The notes below the pieces were generated by a model. It worked only from the letters and a program-made list of their open reading frames with translations. It made no database searches and was not told the origin of the DNA. DNA of 64,000 nt, taken from assembly GCA_022566215.1 (NCBI GenBank), contig JADFJJ010000002.1, positions 19,372 to 83,371 of the forward strand, read 5' to 3'. Made by a program: the position numbers and the translations under genes. The stretch is from Pseudomonadota bacterium. Lineage in GTDB: Bacteria; Pseudomonadota; Alphaproteobacteria; Sphingomonadales; SMXR01. Position 1 is the first letter of the stretch; every line of letters starts with the position of its first letter. This document shows, piece after piece, positions 49,861 to 59,675 of the stretch.

Positions 49861-51147
49861 ATGACAGTTTTGGAAACATATAAAAAAGAATTCAAGGAAA
49901 TACTTCCGGCCCTCAGGGGTGGGCAAAACATGGCCCGCGCCCGGGAAAGGGGAATGGAAAGATTTGTTTTTCTCGGCGGCATCCCTGGTCCGAAGGCGGA
50001 AGACTGGCGGTATTCTGATCTGAGGGCGATCAGGGCCAGGCACCTGAGCCGACCGAAACGCCCTCTTGCGCAGACCGTTCCAAGGTTTGAACCGTTGACG
50101 CGATGGCCGCTGGTGGCGGTCTTGAATGGAAAGATACTGGGATCGGCCCCGGCTCTGGAAGGGGTTGAAATACTCGGGGCAGAACAGGCGCTGGAAAAAA
50201 TTCCTGTCTGGGCGGATGAGTATTTTTCCCCTGGAATGGAAGAAAGCCCTTTGGAGCGATTAAACCTTGCCCTTTCGGAAGGCGGTCTTTTCATCAATAT
50301 AGCAAAAAACGCCGTTCTGGAGGGGTTGGAAATCATTTTTCTTGAGGGTGGCGATAAAAAAAATGCGCACCACCTTCGTAATTTTATCGGGCTGGAAGCA
50401 GGCGCCACAGCCCAAATCCTTTTCCGCACTATCAGCTTGGAGAAAAACCCCGGCTGGACCAATATGGTCAGCAATTTTTCCTTAAGCGAAGGCGCGCATC
50501 TGTCTTTGGTTTGCGATTTCGAGCAAAAGGAAAAATCTTTCCTGACTGGACGCAATTTTGTGAAGGTAGACAAACGGGCCTCCTTTTCTCAAGTTAGCCT
50601 GGCTCTCGGCTTGACCGCCCACCGTTTTGAAACGGAAGTCAATCTGATGGGCAAAGGGGCAGACGCGCGCCTTTTTGCCGCCCTTCTGGCGGGCCGGGGG
50701 GAGGCGGTTGATTTTGTCACCCGCATACATCACAGCCGGCCGCAGGCGAAAAGCCGGCAGACTGTCAGGGCGGTTGCCGGCTTTGAAGGAAAGACTGCTT
50801 TCCAGGGCCGGGTGGTGGTGGAGGAAAACGCCCAGAAAACAGTAGCCCATCAGAATTGCAGCAATCTGATTCTGGATCCCTCAGGAGAAGTCAACATCAA
50901 ACCGGAGCTGCTGATCTTTGCCGATGATGTTGTCTGTTCACATGGCGCCACGGTCGGGGAAATAGATGAAGTAGCTCTTTTTTACATGATGCAACGGGGA
51001 ATCCCTAAAGCCGAGGCCAAAGCCATTTTGGTGCGGGCCTTCCTCGGAGATGTGGTCGAAAGCCTGGAGAATGAAGTCCTGCGAAGCTATTTCGAGGATA
51101 AAATTGAGGCCTGGATGAAACAAAGCATGGACAGGAAGCAGAGATGA
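49861..51147 (+). CDS. sufD: Fe-S cluster assembly protein SufD
   Basis: 428 aa, positioned between sufC and sufS. The C-terminal beta-helix region (…FADDVVCSHGATVGEID…LFYMMQRGI) is SufD-like. Confidence 0.9.
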   Translation: MTVLETYKKEFKEILPALRGGQNMARARERGMERFVFLGGIPGPKAEDWRYSDLRAIRARHLSRPKRPLAQTVPRFEPLTRWPLVAVLNGKILGSAPALEGVEILGAEQALEKIPVWADEYFSPGMEESPLERLNLALSEGGLFINIAKNAVLEGLEIIFLEGGDKKNAHHLRNFIGLEAGATAQILFRTISLEKNPGWTNMVSNFSLSEGAHLSLVCDFEQKEKSFLTGRNFVKVDKRASFSQVSLALGLTAHRFETEVNLMGKGADARLFAALLAGRGEAVDFVTRIHHSRPQAKSRQTVRAVAGFEGKTAFQGRVVVEENAQKTVAHQNCSNLILDPSGEVNIKPELLIFADDVVCSHGATVGEIDEVALFYMMQRGIPKAEAKAILVRAFLGDVVESLENEVLRSYFEDKIEAWMKQSMDRKQR

Positions 51148-52385
51148 GCGGAGCTGTTAAACATAAGACATTTGACGTTAGCGCCGTCCGGGAGGATTTC
51201 CCGATCCTCAAGGAGACTATCTACGGCAAGCCGCTGACATTTCTTGATTCCGCCGCCAGCGCGCAAAAGCCGCAAGCGGTTATTGATACCGTGGCGAACT
51301 TCTATTCCCATTCTTATTCCAATATCCACCGCGGCATTTATAAACTGAGCCAGGAGGCGACCGAGGCTTACGAGCAAGTGCGCAATAAAGTCGCAAAATT
51401 CATAAATGCAGCATCGCGTGAGGAATGCCTGTTTGTCCGCAATGCCACCGAAGGCATCAACCTGGTGGCGCAAAGTTATGGCCGCACTTTTTTATCTGAG
51501 GGAGATGAGATTATCCTGACCGAGCTGGAGCACCATTCAAACATTGTGCCCTGGCAGCTCTTGAGGGAAGAAAAAGGAATAATCATTAAAGTCGCCCCGA
51601 TAAGCGATGAGGGAGAGGTGGATCTGAAGGCCTACCGGGCGCTGTTGACGGAAAAGACAAAACTGGTGGCATTGGCGCACATCTCAAATGTCCTTGGCAC
51701 CATTCTGCCGGTAAAAGAAATGATTGCACTGGCTCATCAGGCCGGAGCCAAGGTTCTGGTGGATGGTTGCCAGGCGGCCCCGCACATCCCGATTGATGTC
51801 CAGGACCTGGATGCTGATTTTTACGTTTTCTCCGGACACAAGGTATACGGACCAACCGGTGTCGGGGTGCTTTACGGCAAGAAGGAATTGCTGGAGGCGA
51901 TGCCGCCGTGGCAAGGCGGCGGCGATATGATTGAGCTGGTGACCTTTGAGAAGACCACCTTCAATGTCCTGCCCCAGAAGTTCGAAGCCGGAACCCCGAA
52001 TATAGCCGGTGTCATCGGCCTGGGGGCGGCGCTGGACTATATAAACCAGTTTAACCGCCAGGAAATTGAGGACCATGAACACGGTCTGCTGGCCTATGCT
52101 TTGGGCCGCCTGAGGGGCATCAACCAGCTGAAACTGATCGGCACGGCAAAAAACAAGGCCTCAATCATTTCGTTTGTTTTGGACGATATTCATCCTCACG
52201 ATGCCGGAACCATTCTCGACCAGGAGGGAATTGCGGTCAGGACGGGCCACCACTGTGCCCAGCCGCTGATGGAACGTTTCGGGCTAAACGCAACAATCCG
52301 CGCCAGTTTTGGATTATACAACACCCGTGGGGATGTTGACCGCCTGGCCGAGGGCCTGAAAAAGACCAGGGCAATTTTCGCATGA
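51144..52385 (+). CDS. sufS: cysteine desulfurase SufS
   Basis: 413 aa with PLP lysine FSGHKVYGPTG and catalytic Cys RTGHHCAQP. ATGA overlap with sufD. Confidence 0.96.
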   Translation: MSGAVKHKTFDVSAVREDFPILKETIYGKPLTFLDSAASAQKPQAVIDTVANFYSHSYSNIHRGIYKLSQEATEAYEQVRNKVAKFINAASREECLFVRNATEGINLVAQSYGRTFLSEGDEIILTELEHHSNIVPWQLLREEKGIIIKVAPISDEGEVDLKAYRALLTEKTKLVALAHISNVLGTILPVKEMIALAHQAGAKVLVDGCQAAPHIPIDVQDLDADFYVFSGHKVYGPTGVGVLYGKKELLEAMPPWQGGGDMIELVTFEKTTFNVLPQKFEAGTPNIAGVIGLGAALDYINQFNRQEIEDHEHGLLAYALGRLRGINQLKLIGTAKNKASIISFVLDDIHPHDAGTILDQEGIAVRTGHHCAQPLMERFGLNATIRASFGLYNTRGDVDRLAEGLKKTRAIFA

Positions 52386-52819
52386 CCAAAGACAAGACAA
52401 AAAAATCCCAGCGTCCGGTCTACGCCAAAGACCAGGGGGAAGAATATTTGGGAACCTTCCTGAAAGGGGGAGCTGGGGCGAATAAAGAGCTCGGCAAAGA
52501 AGAGGAACACAAAGAAGGAACCCTCCGTGAGCGGGTGATTGAGGCCCTTTGCCAGATTTATGACCCTGAAATTCCGGTCAATATATATGACCTTGGCCTG
52601 ATTTATGACGTTAATGTGGACGACAACGGCAATGTGGAAATCAACATGACGCTGACCACCCCCAACTGCCCGGTGGCGGAAACTATGCCAAATGAGGTGG
52701 AAATGCGTGCTCTTTATGTTGATGGCGTTCAGGATGCCAAGGTGAACCTGGTATGGGATCCGCCCTGGGATCCTTCGAAAATGTCGGAAGCAGCCCAGCT
52801 GGAACTTGGTTTTCTTTAG
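52382..52819 (+). CDS. sufT: SufT/DUF59-family Fe-S assembly protein with K/E-rich N-terminal extension
   Basis: 145 aa with DPEIPVNIYDLGLIY and TLTTPNCP motifs of DUF59. ATGA overlap with sufS. Confidence 0.85.
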   Translation: MTKDKTKKSQRPVYAKDQGEEYLGTFLKGGAGANKELGKEEEHKEGTLRERVIEALCQIYDPEIPVNIYDLGLIYDVNVDDNGNVEINMTLTTPNCPVAETMPNEVEMRALYVDGVQDAKVNLVWDPPWDPSKMSEAAQLELGFL

Positions 52820-52866
52820 GGCCCATACCCTAATTGGGCTCAAACCCTAGAAAGGTAGAATTAGAA

Positions 52867-53196
52867 ATGGCAATACTCTCCATAACCGACAAAGCGGCAG
52901 AACACATGAAGACGCTTCTAAAAAGGCGCGGGAAACCCTCATTGGGCCTGCGTTTTGGGACGGAGCAAAAAGGCTGTTCGGGTCTTGGCTATGTGGTGGA
53001 TTTTGTTGATGACCCCGATCCGGAAGACGAGGTTATCGAAATCAAGGGCGTGTGCATTTATATCGAACGCGCTTCCCTGGTAAACATAATGGGCTCCAAG
53101 ATCGATTACGAGGAAGGGAACTTTTCCTCCGGTTTTGTTTTTATTAATCCCAATGAAAAAAGCCGCTGTGGATGTGGAGAGAGCTTTAATGTCTAG
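52867..53196 (+). CDS. sufA: A-type Fe-S carrier (SufA/IscA/ErpA family)
   Basis: 109 aa from ATG 52867 with GCSGLGY and C-terminal CGCGESF cluster ligands. Confidence 0.9.
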   Translation: MAILSITDKAAEHMKTLLKRRGKPSLGLRFGTEQKGCSGLGYVVDFVDDPDPEDEVIEIKGVCIYIERASLVNIMGSKIDYEEGNFSSGFVFINPNEKSRCGCGESFNV

Positions 53197-53308
53197 AGCT
53201 TAAAGACGGACCGTACCATTACCGCCTTCGCTAACGGGCGAGTGAAAGCAAAATTGCCCCAACGTTATTCCCGCTGTTATTTAACCCCCCTGTTGAAGGG
53301 GAATCTGC

Positions 53309-53866
53309 CTATTGCCTGACGGCGGAGCCTGTGGAACCACCATTATCAAACCGGCGGCCGGGAATGTTATCACCATCTTTCAGGCGGGTATTCTCCCTTG
53401 CGGCCTCAGACCTTTGCATTACAATTTCCCAATTTTTGTTGAGAACACTGGAATTGGGCCTCATTTTAAGGGCTTTTCTATAGTGTACAATGGCGTTGTC
53501 ATAATCACCCTGCAACAGATAGAGGGTTCCCAGATTATTTAATGTCTCCCAACGGTTCGGCATAAGAGAAAGGCCGATTTTGCATTGCCTCAGGGCTTCT
53601 TCAAAGCGCTCCATATACATATACGCCACACACAAATCGCTTCTGAGATGGATCATGTCCCTTTTGCCAATACTCGCCCCTCTTTTTAACGCTTTTTCAT
53701 AATAATAAACTGCCTTTTCCACCCGGCCCTGGTGGATGGCTTTTTTACCTGCTTTGATCAACTCATTGCTGTCAAAAAGCAATTCTACGGTTACCGCGCT
53801 TGCCGGGGCAGGAAAAGAAAATGCAAAGACCAGCGCCGAAATGAAAAACAAGGAACGTGCTGTCAT
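53309..53866 (-). CDS. secreted TPR-repeat protein
   Basis: 185 aa with signal peptide (…FPAPASA-VTV) and at least three TPR-like units (AVYYYEKALK, WETLNNLGTLYLLQGDYDNAIVHYRKALKMRP). Confidence 0.7.
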   Translation of the reverse strand: MTARSLFFISALVFAFSFPAPASAVTVELLFDSNELIKAGKKAIHQGRVEKAVYYYEKALKRGASIGKRDMIHLRSDLCVAYMYMERFEEALRQCKIGLSLMPNRWETLNNLGTLYLLQGDYDNAIVHYRKALKMRPNSSVLNKNWEIVMQRSEAARENTRLKDGDNIPGRRFDNGGSTGSAVRQ

Positions 53867-54078
53867 AATGCGCCTCCGGAATTTATTCTTTTAAAATGTT
53901 ACTTATATTATAGCATAGATTCCACACTGGGCTAAAGCGTTGATTTCATGGTGTTTTTTTGAAAGCATTTGAAAAAAATCAGAAAACATGTGCGCTGGGC
54001 GGGTTTGCCTTAGGTATGTTCACGAAAAATTGGCCGGATGCTAATACTCCAGGACCAGGAATTTAAAGGAAAAGTCGT

Positions 54079-54708
54079 ATGGAAAAGATCAAGGATTATC
54101 TGGTATTTGGCCCGGCTAACGGTCCGCTTACGCTCATCCTCGCCCATGGCGCCGGGGCGCCCATGACCGCTCCGTTCATGATATCCATTGCGAATCAGGT
54201 TTCGGCCTGCGGCTTTCGCGTGGTTTTGTTTGAATTTGACTATATGAAACGCACCCGTGCGGAAGGCCGCAGATTTCCCCCTGACCGGTCGCCAAAGCTC
54301 CTGGAACGCTGGCGGAATGTATTAAGGGATTTCCAGGGTGGTCCGGTCGTCATCGGCGGTAAATCCATGGGCGGACGGATGGCAAGTATGTTAATGGCCG
54401 AAGACCCGTCTTTGGCAAAAGGGCTGGTGTGCCTTGGTTATCCGTTTCACCCGCCGGGACGCCCGGAGAATTTGCGCACCGGCCATCTTGACCTTATCCG
54501 CTGTCCGACCCTTATTTGCCAAGGAGAAAGGGATCCGCTCGGCGCTCTGGATTTGGTAACGTCCTTGAGCTTGCCGGAGAATTTCTCCATTTGCTGGCTT
54601 GCCGATGGGGCTCACGGGTTTAAGCCCCAGGTTTCCAGCGGGCGCACCGAAGAGCAGAATCTTGCGGAAGCAGCCAACCGTGTCGTGGCTTTTATGAAAG
54701 AGCTTTAA
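54079..54708 (+). CDS. alpha/beta-fold hydrolase (COG3571/KANL3-Tex30-like)
   Basis: 209 aa with nucleophile elbow GGKSMGGR and LILAHGAGAPM near the N-terminus. Confidence 0.72.
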   Translation: MEKIKDYLVFGPANGPLTLILAHGAGAPMTAPFMISIANQVSACGFRVVLFEFDYMKRTRAEGRRFPPDRSPKLLERWRNVLRDFQGGPVVIGGKSMGGRMASMLMAEDPSLAKGLVCLGYPFHPPGRPENLRTGHLDLIRCPTLICQGERDPLGALDLVTSLSLPENFSICWLADGAHGFKPQVSSGRTEEQNLAEAANRVVAFMKEL

Positions 54709-55115
54709 AAAGATCTGGCGCGGGCAGTGGCGGCCCGTTCTATGGCCGCCGTGGTCAGGTTATCGATGCCCAGATTCTTGCGGATTATCTGCAGCATTCT
54801 CAATTCTTCCTGCGCCACTTTTGAATCGGCCAGGGCAATCTCACAGGCCAGCGCATACGCCGTATCCAGGTGTGTTGAGGGCAGAGCTTCCTTGATCAAC
54901 CCCAGGACTGCTTCAAGGCCATCATCCTCGCTAAGGATGGCTGCGCAATTTCTGGCATCGCGCATTATGTTTTCCTGGTCGTACCCCTTGAAGGCGGGGA
55001 GGATGCGCACCACATCCCCGATCCGTTTCATTTCACTGTCGGTCATTTCGCAATCGGAGGCCGATACGATTACCATCGTATATACCAGAGCGCTGTTTGG
55101 TGAAATCGTGGACAT
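54705..55115 (-). CDS. TerB-family (tellurite-resistance-like) protein
   Basis: 136 aa all-helical. VIVSASDCEMTDSEMKRI and IALADSKVAQEELRML match the TerB repeat pattern. Confidence 0.65.
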   Translation of the reverse strand: MSTISPNSALVYTMVIVSASDCEMTDSEMKRIGDVVRILPAFKGYDQENIMRDARNCAAILSEDDGLEAVLGLIKEALPSTHLDTAYALACEIALADSKVAQEELRMLQIIRKNLGIDNLTTAAIERAATARARSF

Positions 55116-55279
55116 GGTCTTGTTTTCCTAATTTTAATATAAGGCCCGGGGCAGAATCATGGCTTCCCTGTACATAGGAAAAGAAGGGTATGATTTCCAC
55201 AATAAAATCCTTAGAATTCAGAAGAACAGGGATTTTTTGTATTCGAAATTGACGCGCCCCGTTGCAAACCCTAGGTATC

Positions 55280-56872
55280 ATGAGCAACAACCGAGACACG
55301 GCCGTTATGAATGAAATTTTAGATTTGGCCAGAAACGCCAAGGCTTGGCCGTTCCACGAAGCCCTAAAGCTGGTCAAGCGTTTTGAAAAAACGCCGCCCG
55401 TAAAAAGCCATGTCCTGTTTGAAACCGGTTTTGGGGCCAGCGGTCTTCCCCATATTGGAACCTTCAGCGAAGTTGCCAGGACAACCATGGTCCGGAACGC
55501 CTTTGAGCAGTTAACCGGCATGCCGACCAAACTGGTGTGTTTTTCTGATGATATGGACGGGCTTCGAAAAGTTCCCGGCAACGTCCCGAACCGCGACATG
55601 GTAGCCCAACACTTAGGAAAACCCCTGACCAGCATCCCTGATCCTTTTGGCGAGTTTGACAGTTTCGGCGCATATAACAATGCCCGGCTGAGGAACTTTC
55701 TTGACGCTTTCGGGTTCAATTATGATTTTGTTTCCTCGACTGAATATTATACCTCGGGCCGTTTTGACAAGGCGCTTTTGAAAATCCTTGAGAATTATGA
55801 GCAGGTCACCAACGTGATCCTGCCGACCCTTGGCGAAGACAGGCGGAAAACCTACAGCCCGTTCCTTCCCATTTGCCCGAAAACGGGGGTTGTTTTGCAG
55901 GTTCCCCTGAAAGGTTTTGATGCTGTGGCGGGAACGATTACCTTTGAGGACAGTGAAGGGGAAGAGCAAACAACCCCGGTCACCGGCGGGACCTGTAAAC
56001 TGCAGTGGAAGGTCGACTGGGCAATGCGCTGGTATGCGCTTGAGGTCGATTATGAAATGGCCGGCAAGGACTTGATTGAATCGGTCAAGCTGTCCAGCGT
56101 GATTTGTAAAATCCTCGGCGGGCGCGTCCCGGAAGGGTTTATTTACGAGCTGTTTCTGGATGAGAACCGCGAAAAAATCTCAAAATCAAAAGGCAACGGC
56201 ATCAGCCTTGAAGAATGGCTGCGCTATGCCTCGACCGAAAGCCTTTTGCTTTATCTTTACCAGAACCCAACCCGGTCCAGGCGGCTTTATTTTGATGTTA
56301 TCCCGAAGGCGGTCGATGAATATTATACATTTGTCACCCGCTACCATGACCAGGAACCGGCAAGGCAGATTGAAAACCCGGCTTACCATATCCACGGCGG
56401 CAAGGTTCCGAAGGTTGATTTGCCTATCTCATTTTCACTTCTTCTGAACCTGGTGAGCACCGCACAGACCCATGAAAAGGACATGCTATGGGGCTTTGTC
56501 GGCAACTACCTGAAAGGAGCAACCCCTGAAAACCACCCCGAGCTGGATCGCCTGATGGATTTTGCGATCCGTTATTATAAGGATTTCATTGCGCCGACCA
56601 AAAAAATGCGCAGCCCCACGGAAAAGGAAAAAGTGGCTTTGCGGGAGTTACTCGGAGCGCTCAAAAAATTCCCCGAAGATGTCGAGGCGGAGGAAATCCA
56701 GACGCTCATCTACGAGATCGGGAAAAAACAGGATTACGAGAACTTGCGTGACTGGTTCAAGGCGCTTTATGAAATTCTTCTCGGCCAGTCCCAGGGGCCG
56801 CGGATGGGCACCTTCATCAAGCTTTTCGGCAAGCAGGAAACCTGTGATTTGATCCGAAAGGTCATTTCCTGA
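55280..56872 (+). CDS. lysK: lysine--tRNA ligase, class I type
   Basis: About 530 aa with a HIGH-like GLPHIGTFSEV and KMSKS as KISKSKGNG. The architecture is the archaeal/alphaproteobacterial class I LysRS. Confidence 0.9.
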   Translation: MSNNRDTAVMNEILDLARNAKAWPFHEALKLVKRFEKTPPVKSHVLFETGFGASGLPHIGTFSEVARTTMVRNAFEQLTGMPTKLVCFSDDMDGLRKVPGNVPNRDMVAQHLGKPLTSIPDPFGEFDSFGAYNNARLRNFLDAFGFNYDFVSSTEYYTSGRFDKALLKILENYEQVTNVILPTLGEDRRKTYSPFLPICPKTGVVLQVPLKGFDAVAGTITFEDSEGEEQTTPVTGGTCKLQWKVDWAMRWYALEVDYEMAGKDLIESVKLSSVICKILGGRVPEGFIYELFLDENREKISKSKGNGISLEEWLRYASTESLLLYLYQNPTRSRRLYFDVIPKAVDEYYTFVTRYHDQEPARQIENPAYHIHGGKVPKVDLPISFSLLLNLVSTAQTHEKDMLWGFVGNYLKGATPENHPELDRLMDFAIRYYKDFIAPTKKMRSPTEKEKVALRELLGALKKFPEDVEAEEIQTLIYEIGKKQDYENLRDWFKALYEILLGQSQGPRMGTFIKLFGKQETCDLIRKVIS

Positions 56873-56899
56873 AAATCATTCCGGATTAAGAAGGTCTCA

Positions 56900-57682
56900 A
56901 TGTTAAAAAAACTGGTTTTGACAATTTTATTTTTTGCCGTCCTGACTGGCCTGGCAAGGGGTGAGACCGTGGACGAGATTTTGGCTCTTTACACCGAAGG
57001 GCGCTTTACTGAGGCAATGGAAAAGGGCCGCGCGTCTGGCACCCTGGACGGGCTCAACCTGGCGGTGCGGTCTCAGTTCATTTTGATCCAGTATACCTAC
57101 GATCCCGAGCTTCGCGGGTCGGTCATTGAACGGGCTATGGTGGATGCCAGGAAAGCCCATGATATGGACCCCGATAACCTGGAGGCGACCACAAACCTTG
57201 GAATAATTATCGCCCTTCGAGGCAAGTATGAACGCAGCATTTCAGACGGCAGGGAATCCCGCGACCTGTTTCGAAAAGCAGTCGAAATGGACCCGGAAGA
57301 TTCCTGGGCGCTTGGAGCCCTCGCAAGCTGGCATGCGGATATCATTGACCAGGCCGGGTTTATCGTCGGGCGGCTGATTTTTGGCGCCAAAAAGAAAAAG
57401 GCCTATGAACTTTTTGATCGGGCAATCGAGGCCGAGCCCGGGAATCTCACCATACGGGCGGCCTATGTCCGGGCGCTTTTGAAACTGAAACCTAAAAAAT
57501 TTGCTGTTATTATTCAGGAAAATATGGACTATATTCTGAAATCACAAGCCGATAATGTCCTCGAAAGCTTGATGAAGGAACAGATCCGCCAAATCAGGAT
57601 CGCCATGGATAATGACGATCAGGGACGGCTTGAACTTCTCCTTGATGAAGCGGTTCCCCTGGAACTGGTTCCGGATAATTAA
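56900..57682 (+). CDS. secreted helical-repeat (TPR-like) hypothetical protein
   Basis: 260 aa with signal peptide MLKKLVLTILFFAVLTGLARG and a helical repeat character. TAATG coupling to the next gene. Confidence 0.55.
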   Translation: MLKKLVLTILFFAVLTGLARGETVDEILALYTEGRFTEAMEKGRASGTLDGLNLAVRSQFILIQYTYDPELRGSVIERAMVDARKAHDMDPDNLEATTNLGIIIALRGKYERSISDGRESRDLFRKAVEMDPEDSWALGALASWHADIIDQAGFIVGRLIFGAKKKKAYELFDRAIEAEPGNLTIRAAYVRALLKLKPKKFAVIIQENMDYILKSQADNVLESLMKEQIRQIRIAMDNDDQGRLELLLDEAVPLELVPDN

Positions 57683-58350
57683 TGGGTGATAAAAATAAAA
57701 ACCCCTACCACTGTTTTCCCCTCGAAAAGGAAGACGATGACAGGCAATTCTCACCGAGTTCACAGCGAAACGGCCCGCATATCCTGACGGTTCTCAAGAA
57801 GCATTTTCCGGCCCACGGAACTGTTCTTGAAATTGCCGCGGGCACCGGCCAGCACGCTGTCATGTTTGCCCCCGAATTTCCTAATCTCACCTGGCTTCCC
57901 AGCGACCCGGCCGCTGATAAACGGAAAAGTATTGGTGCCTGGATGAAGATAAAGCCTTCTGAAAACCTCTTGCCCCCGGTCGCGCTTGATGCGGCGGCAA
58001 CCAAATGGCCGGTGGAAAACATGAAGCTTGAACCCCCGGTCAGGGCGATCATTTGCGTCAACATGATCCATGTTGCGCCGTGGCGCGCGGGGCAGGGTCT
58101 TTTGGCCGCGGCCGGACGGATTTTGCCAAAGGGCGGCATTCTTTATCTCTACGGGGCCTATAAGGTTGATGGCGAATACACCGCGCCGTCGAACAAGGAC
58201 TTCGACGAAACGCTGAGAAAAACCGATCCAGAATGGGGCCTTCGTGAGCTTCGTGAGGTTGAGAGGGAAGCCGAAAAAAACCGCCTTTTCCTTAAAGATG
58301 TCGTTGACATGCCTGCTAACAATCTTTCAGTGGTGTTTCAGAAAATCTAA
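57682..58350 (+). CDS. DUF938-family SAM-dependent methyltransferase-like protein
   Basis: 222 aa. SPSSQRNGPHIL...VLEIAAGTGQHAVMFAPEFPNLTWLPSD matches the DUF938 pattern as I recall it. Confidence 0.7.
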   Translation: MGDKNKNPYHCFPLEKEDDDRQFSPSSQRNGPHILTVLKKHFPAHGTVLEIAAGTGQHAVMFAPEFPNLTWLPSDPAADKRKSIGAWMKIKPSENLLPPVALDAAATKWPVENMKLEPPVRAIICVNMIHVAPWRAGQGLLAAAGRILPKGGILYLYGAYKVDGEYTAPSNKDFDETLRKTDPEWGLRELREVEREAEKNRLFLKDVVDMPANNLSVVFQKI

Positions 58351-58399
58351 AATCTATGTCCGTTTTTGGCCAGACTTTTTCGCAAAAACACGCTAAAAG

Positions 58400-58990
58400 A
58401 TGGCTATGTTTGCGAATGACGATTTTTTATACAAAGCGCTTCTTGAGCGTAATTCCGCTTATGACGGCAAGTTTTTTATTTGCGTCAAGACCACCGGCAT
58501 TTATTGCCGCCCGATCTGTCCGGCGCGCAAGCCCAAACGCGAGAATTGCAATTTCGTCGAAAGCCGTGAAGAAGCCGAGGCCAAGGGCTATCGCGCCTGC
58601 AAGCGCTGCCGCCCTGAAGCCGCGCCCGGCTCGCCCGCCTGGAAGGGCACCGGCGCAAGCATCTCACGTGCGCTTCGTATCCTGGCGGACCAGACCGGCG
58701 ATGGCCTGACCATTTCCGATCTGGCCTACAAGTTGGGCATGGGTGAGCGCCACCTGCGGCGGTTGTTCCGGGAACATCTGGGGGCATCGCCCAAGGCCCT
58801 TTTGCAGACGCGCCGGCTCAATCGCGCCCGCCAGCTTCTAATCGAGGGCGATTTACCGGTCTCGCGGCTGGCCTTTGTCGCCGGGTTTGGCAGCGTCCGG
58901 CGCTTTAACGATGCTTTTAAAAAGGAATTCGGTGCAACCCCGACCGGTTTCAGGAAAATCCACCAAAAAAATTTAAGGAATTCATTATGA
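58400..58990 (+). CDS. adaA: Ada N-terminal-type methylphosphotriester methyltransferase / AraC-family regulator (AdaA-like)
   Basis: 196 aa with the Zn-Cys4 site CRPIC...CKRC, followed by an AraC-type HTH (LAYKLGMGERHLRRLF...). Confidence 0.85.
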   Translation: MAMFANDDFLYKALLERNSAYDGKFFICVKTTGIYCRPICPARKPKRENCNFVESREEAEAKGYRACKRCRPEAAPGSPAWKGTGASISRALRILADQTGDGLTISDLAYKLGMGERHLRRLFREHLGASPKALLQTRRLNRARQLLIEGDLPVSRLAFVAGFGSVRRFNDAFKKEFGATPTGFRKIHQKNLRNSL

Positions 58991-59478
58991 CCAAAAAAAA
59001 TTATTGGGACCAGATCAACACACCAATCGGCTTCCTGACTCTGACCTGGGGTGACAAGGGCCTGATCTCCGCTGTGTTCACAAAGGATGCCCCGGAGAAC
59101 GCTGTGCATCTGGAAAAAGCGGTGAAGGACAATCCCTACCGGGCGGCCTTCGCGGCCTATTTTGCCGGCGATCTGGGAGCGTTCCAGGGCTTGACCTACG
59201 ATTTGAAGGGGACCGAGTTTCAAATGAATGTTTGGGCTGAGCTATTAAAAATTCCACCCGGCGAGACCCGCTGCTATGCCGATCAGGCAAAGGCGATCGG
59301 GAAGGCGGCCGCGGTTCGCGCGGTCGGCTTGGCCAATGGCAGGAACCCGGTTTCCATTGCTGTTCCCTGCCACCGGGTGATCGGAAAGGATGGCTCACTA
59401 ACCGGTTATGGCGGTGGCCTGAAGCGCAAGGCCTGGCTATTGGAGCACGAAGGGGCAAATTTTAACGCCTTTGTTTGA
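58987..59478 (+). CDS. ogt: methylated-DNA--protein-cysteine methyltransferase (Ogt/AdaB)
   Basis: 163 aa with active site VPCHRVIGKDGSLTGYGGG. ATGA overlap with the adaA-like gene. Confidence 0.93.
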   Translation: MTKKNYWDQINTPIGFLTLTWGDKGLISAVFTKDAPENAVHLEKAVKDNPYRAAFAAYFAGDLGAFQGLTYDLKGTEFQMNVWAELLKIPPGETRCYADQAKAIGKAAAVRAVGLANGRNPVSIAVPCHRVIGKDGSLTGYGGGLKRKAWLLEHEGANFNAFV

Positions 59479-59481
59479 GTC

Positions 59482-59510
59482 TTGACAGTAAACCCATTAG
59501 GTAGTGAATA
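59482..59510 (+). promoter_or_regulatory. candidate sigma70-type promoter for tRNA-Gly(CCC)
   Basis: TTGACA-N17-TGAATA, ending 14 nt upstream of the tRNA 5' end. Confidence 0.45.
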
Positions 59511-59523
59511 GTGTCCTTCTCAG

Positions 59524-59596
59524 GCGGGTGTGGTTCAATGGCAGAACGAAAGCTTCCCAAGCTTTAGACGAGGGTTCGATTCCCTTCACCCGCTCC
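59524..59596 (+). tRNA. tRNA-Gly (anticodon CCC)
   Basis: Hand-folded. Acceptor GCGGGTG/CACCCGC, anticodon loop TTCCCAA, T-loop GGGTTCGATTCCC and an encoded CCA. Confidence 0.93.
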
Positions 59597-59675
59597 ATTT
59601 TTAAAATTTTATCTTTTCCTGTTAACAGCCGCCGATTATTTGGATACAAGGGGTTCATGGGCAATAATTGTGTCC

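Noticed and set aside
49116-50573. 485-aa ORF on the minus strand
   Set aside because: It is entirely antisense to sufC/sufD, which carry unmistakable motifs. The translation is Arg/Ser/Pro-rich low-complexity sequence, typical of a shadow ORF.
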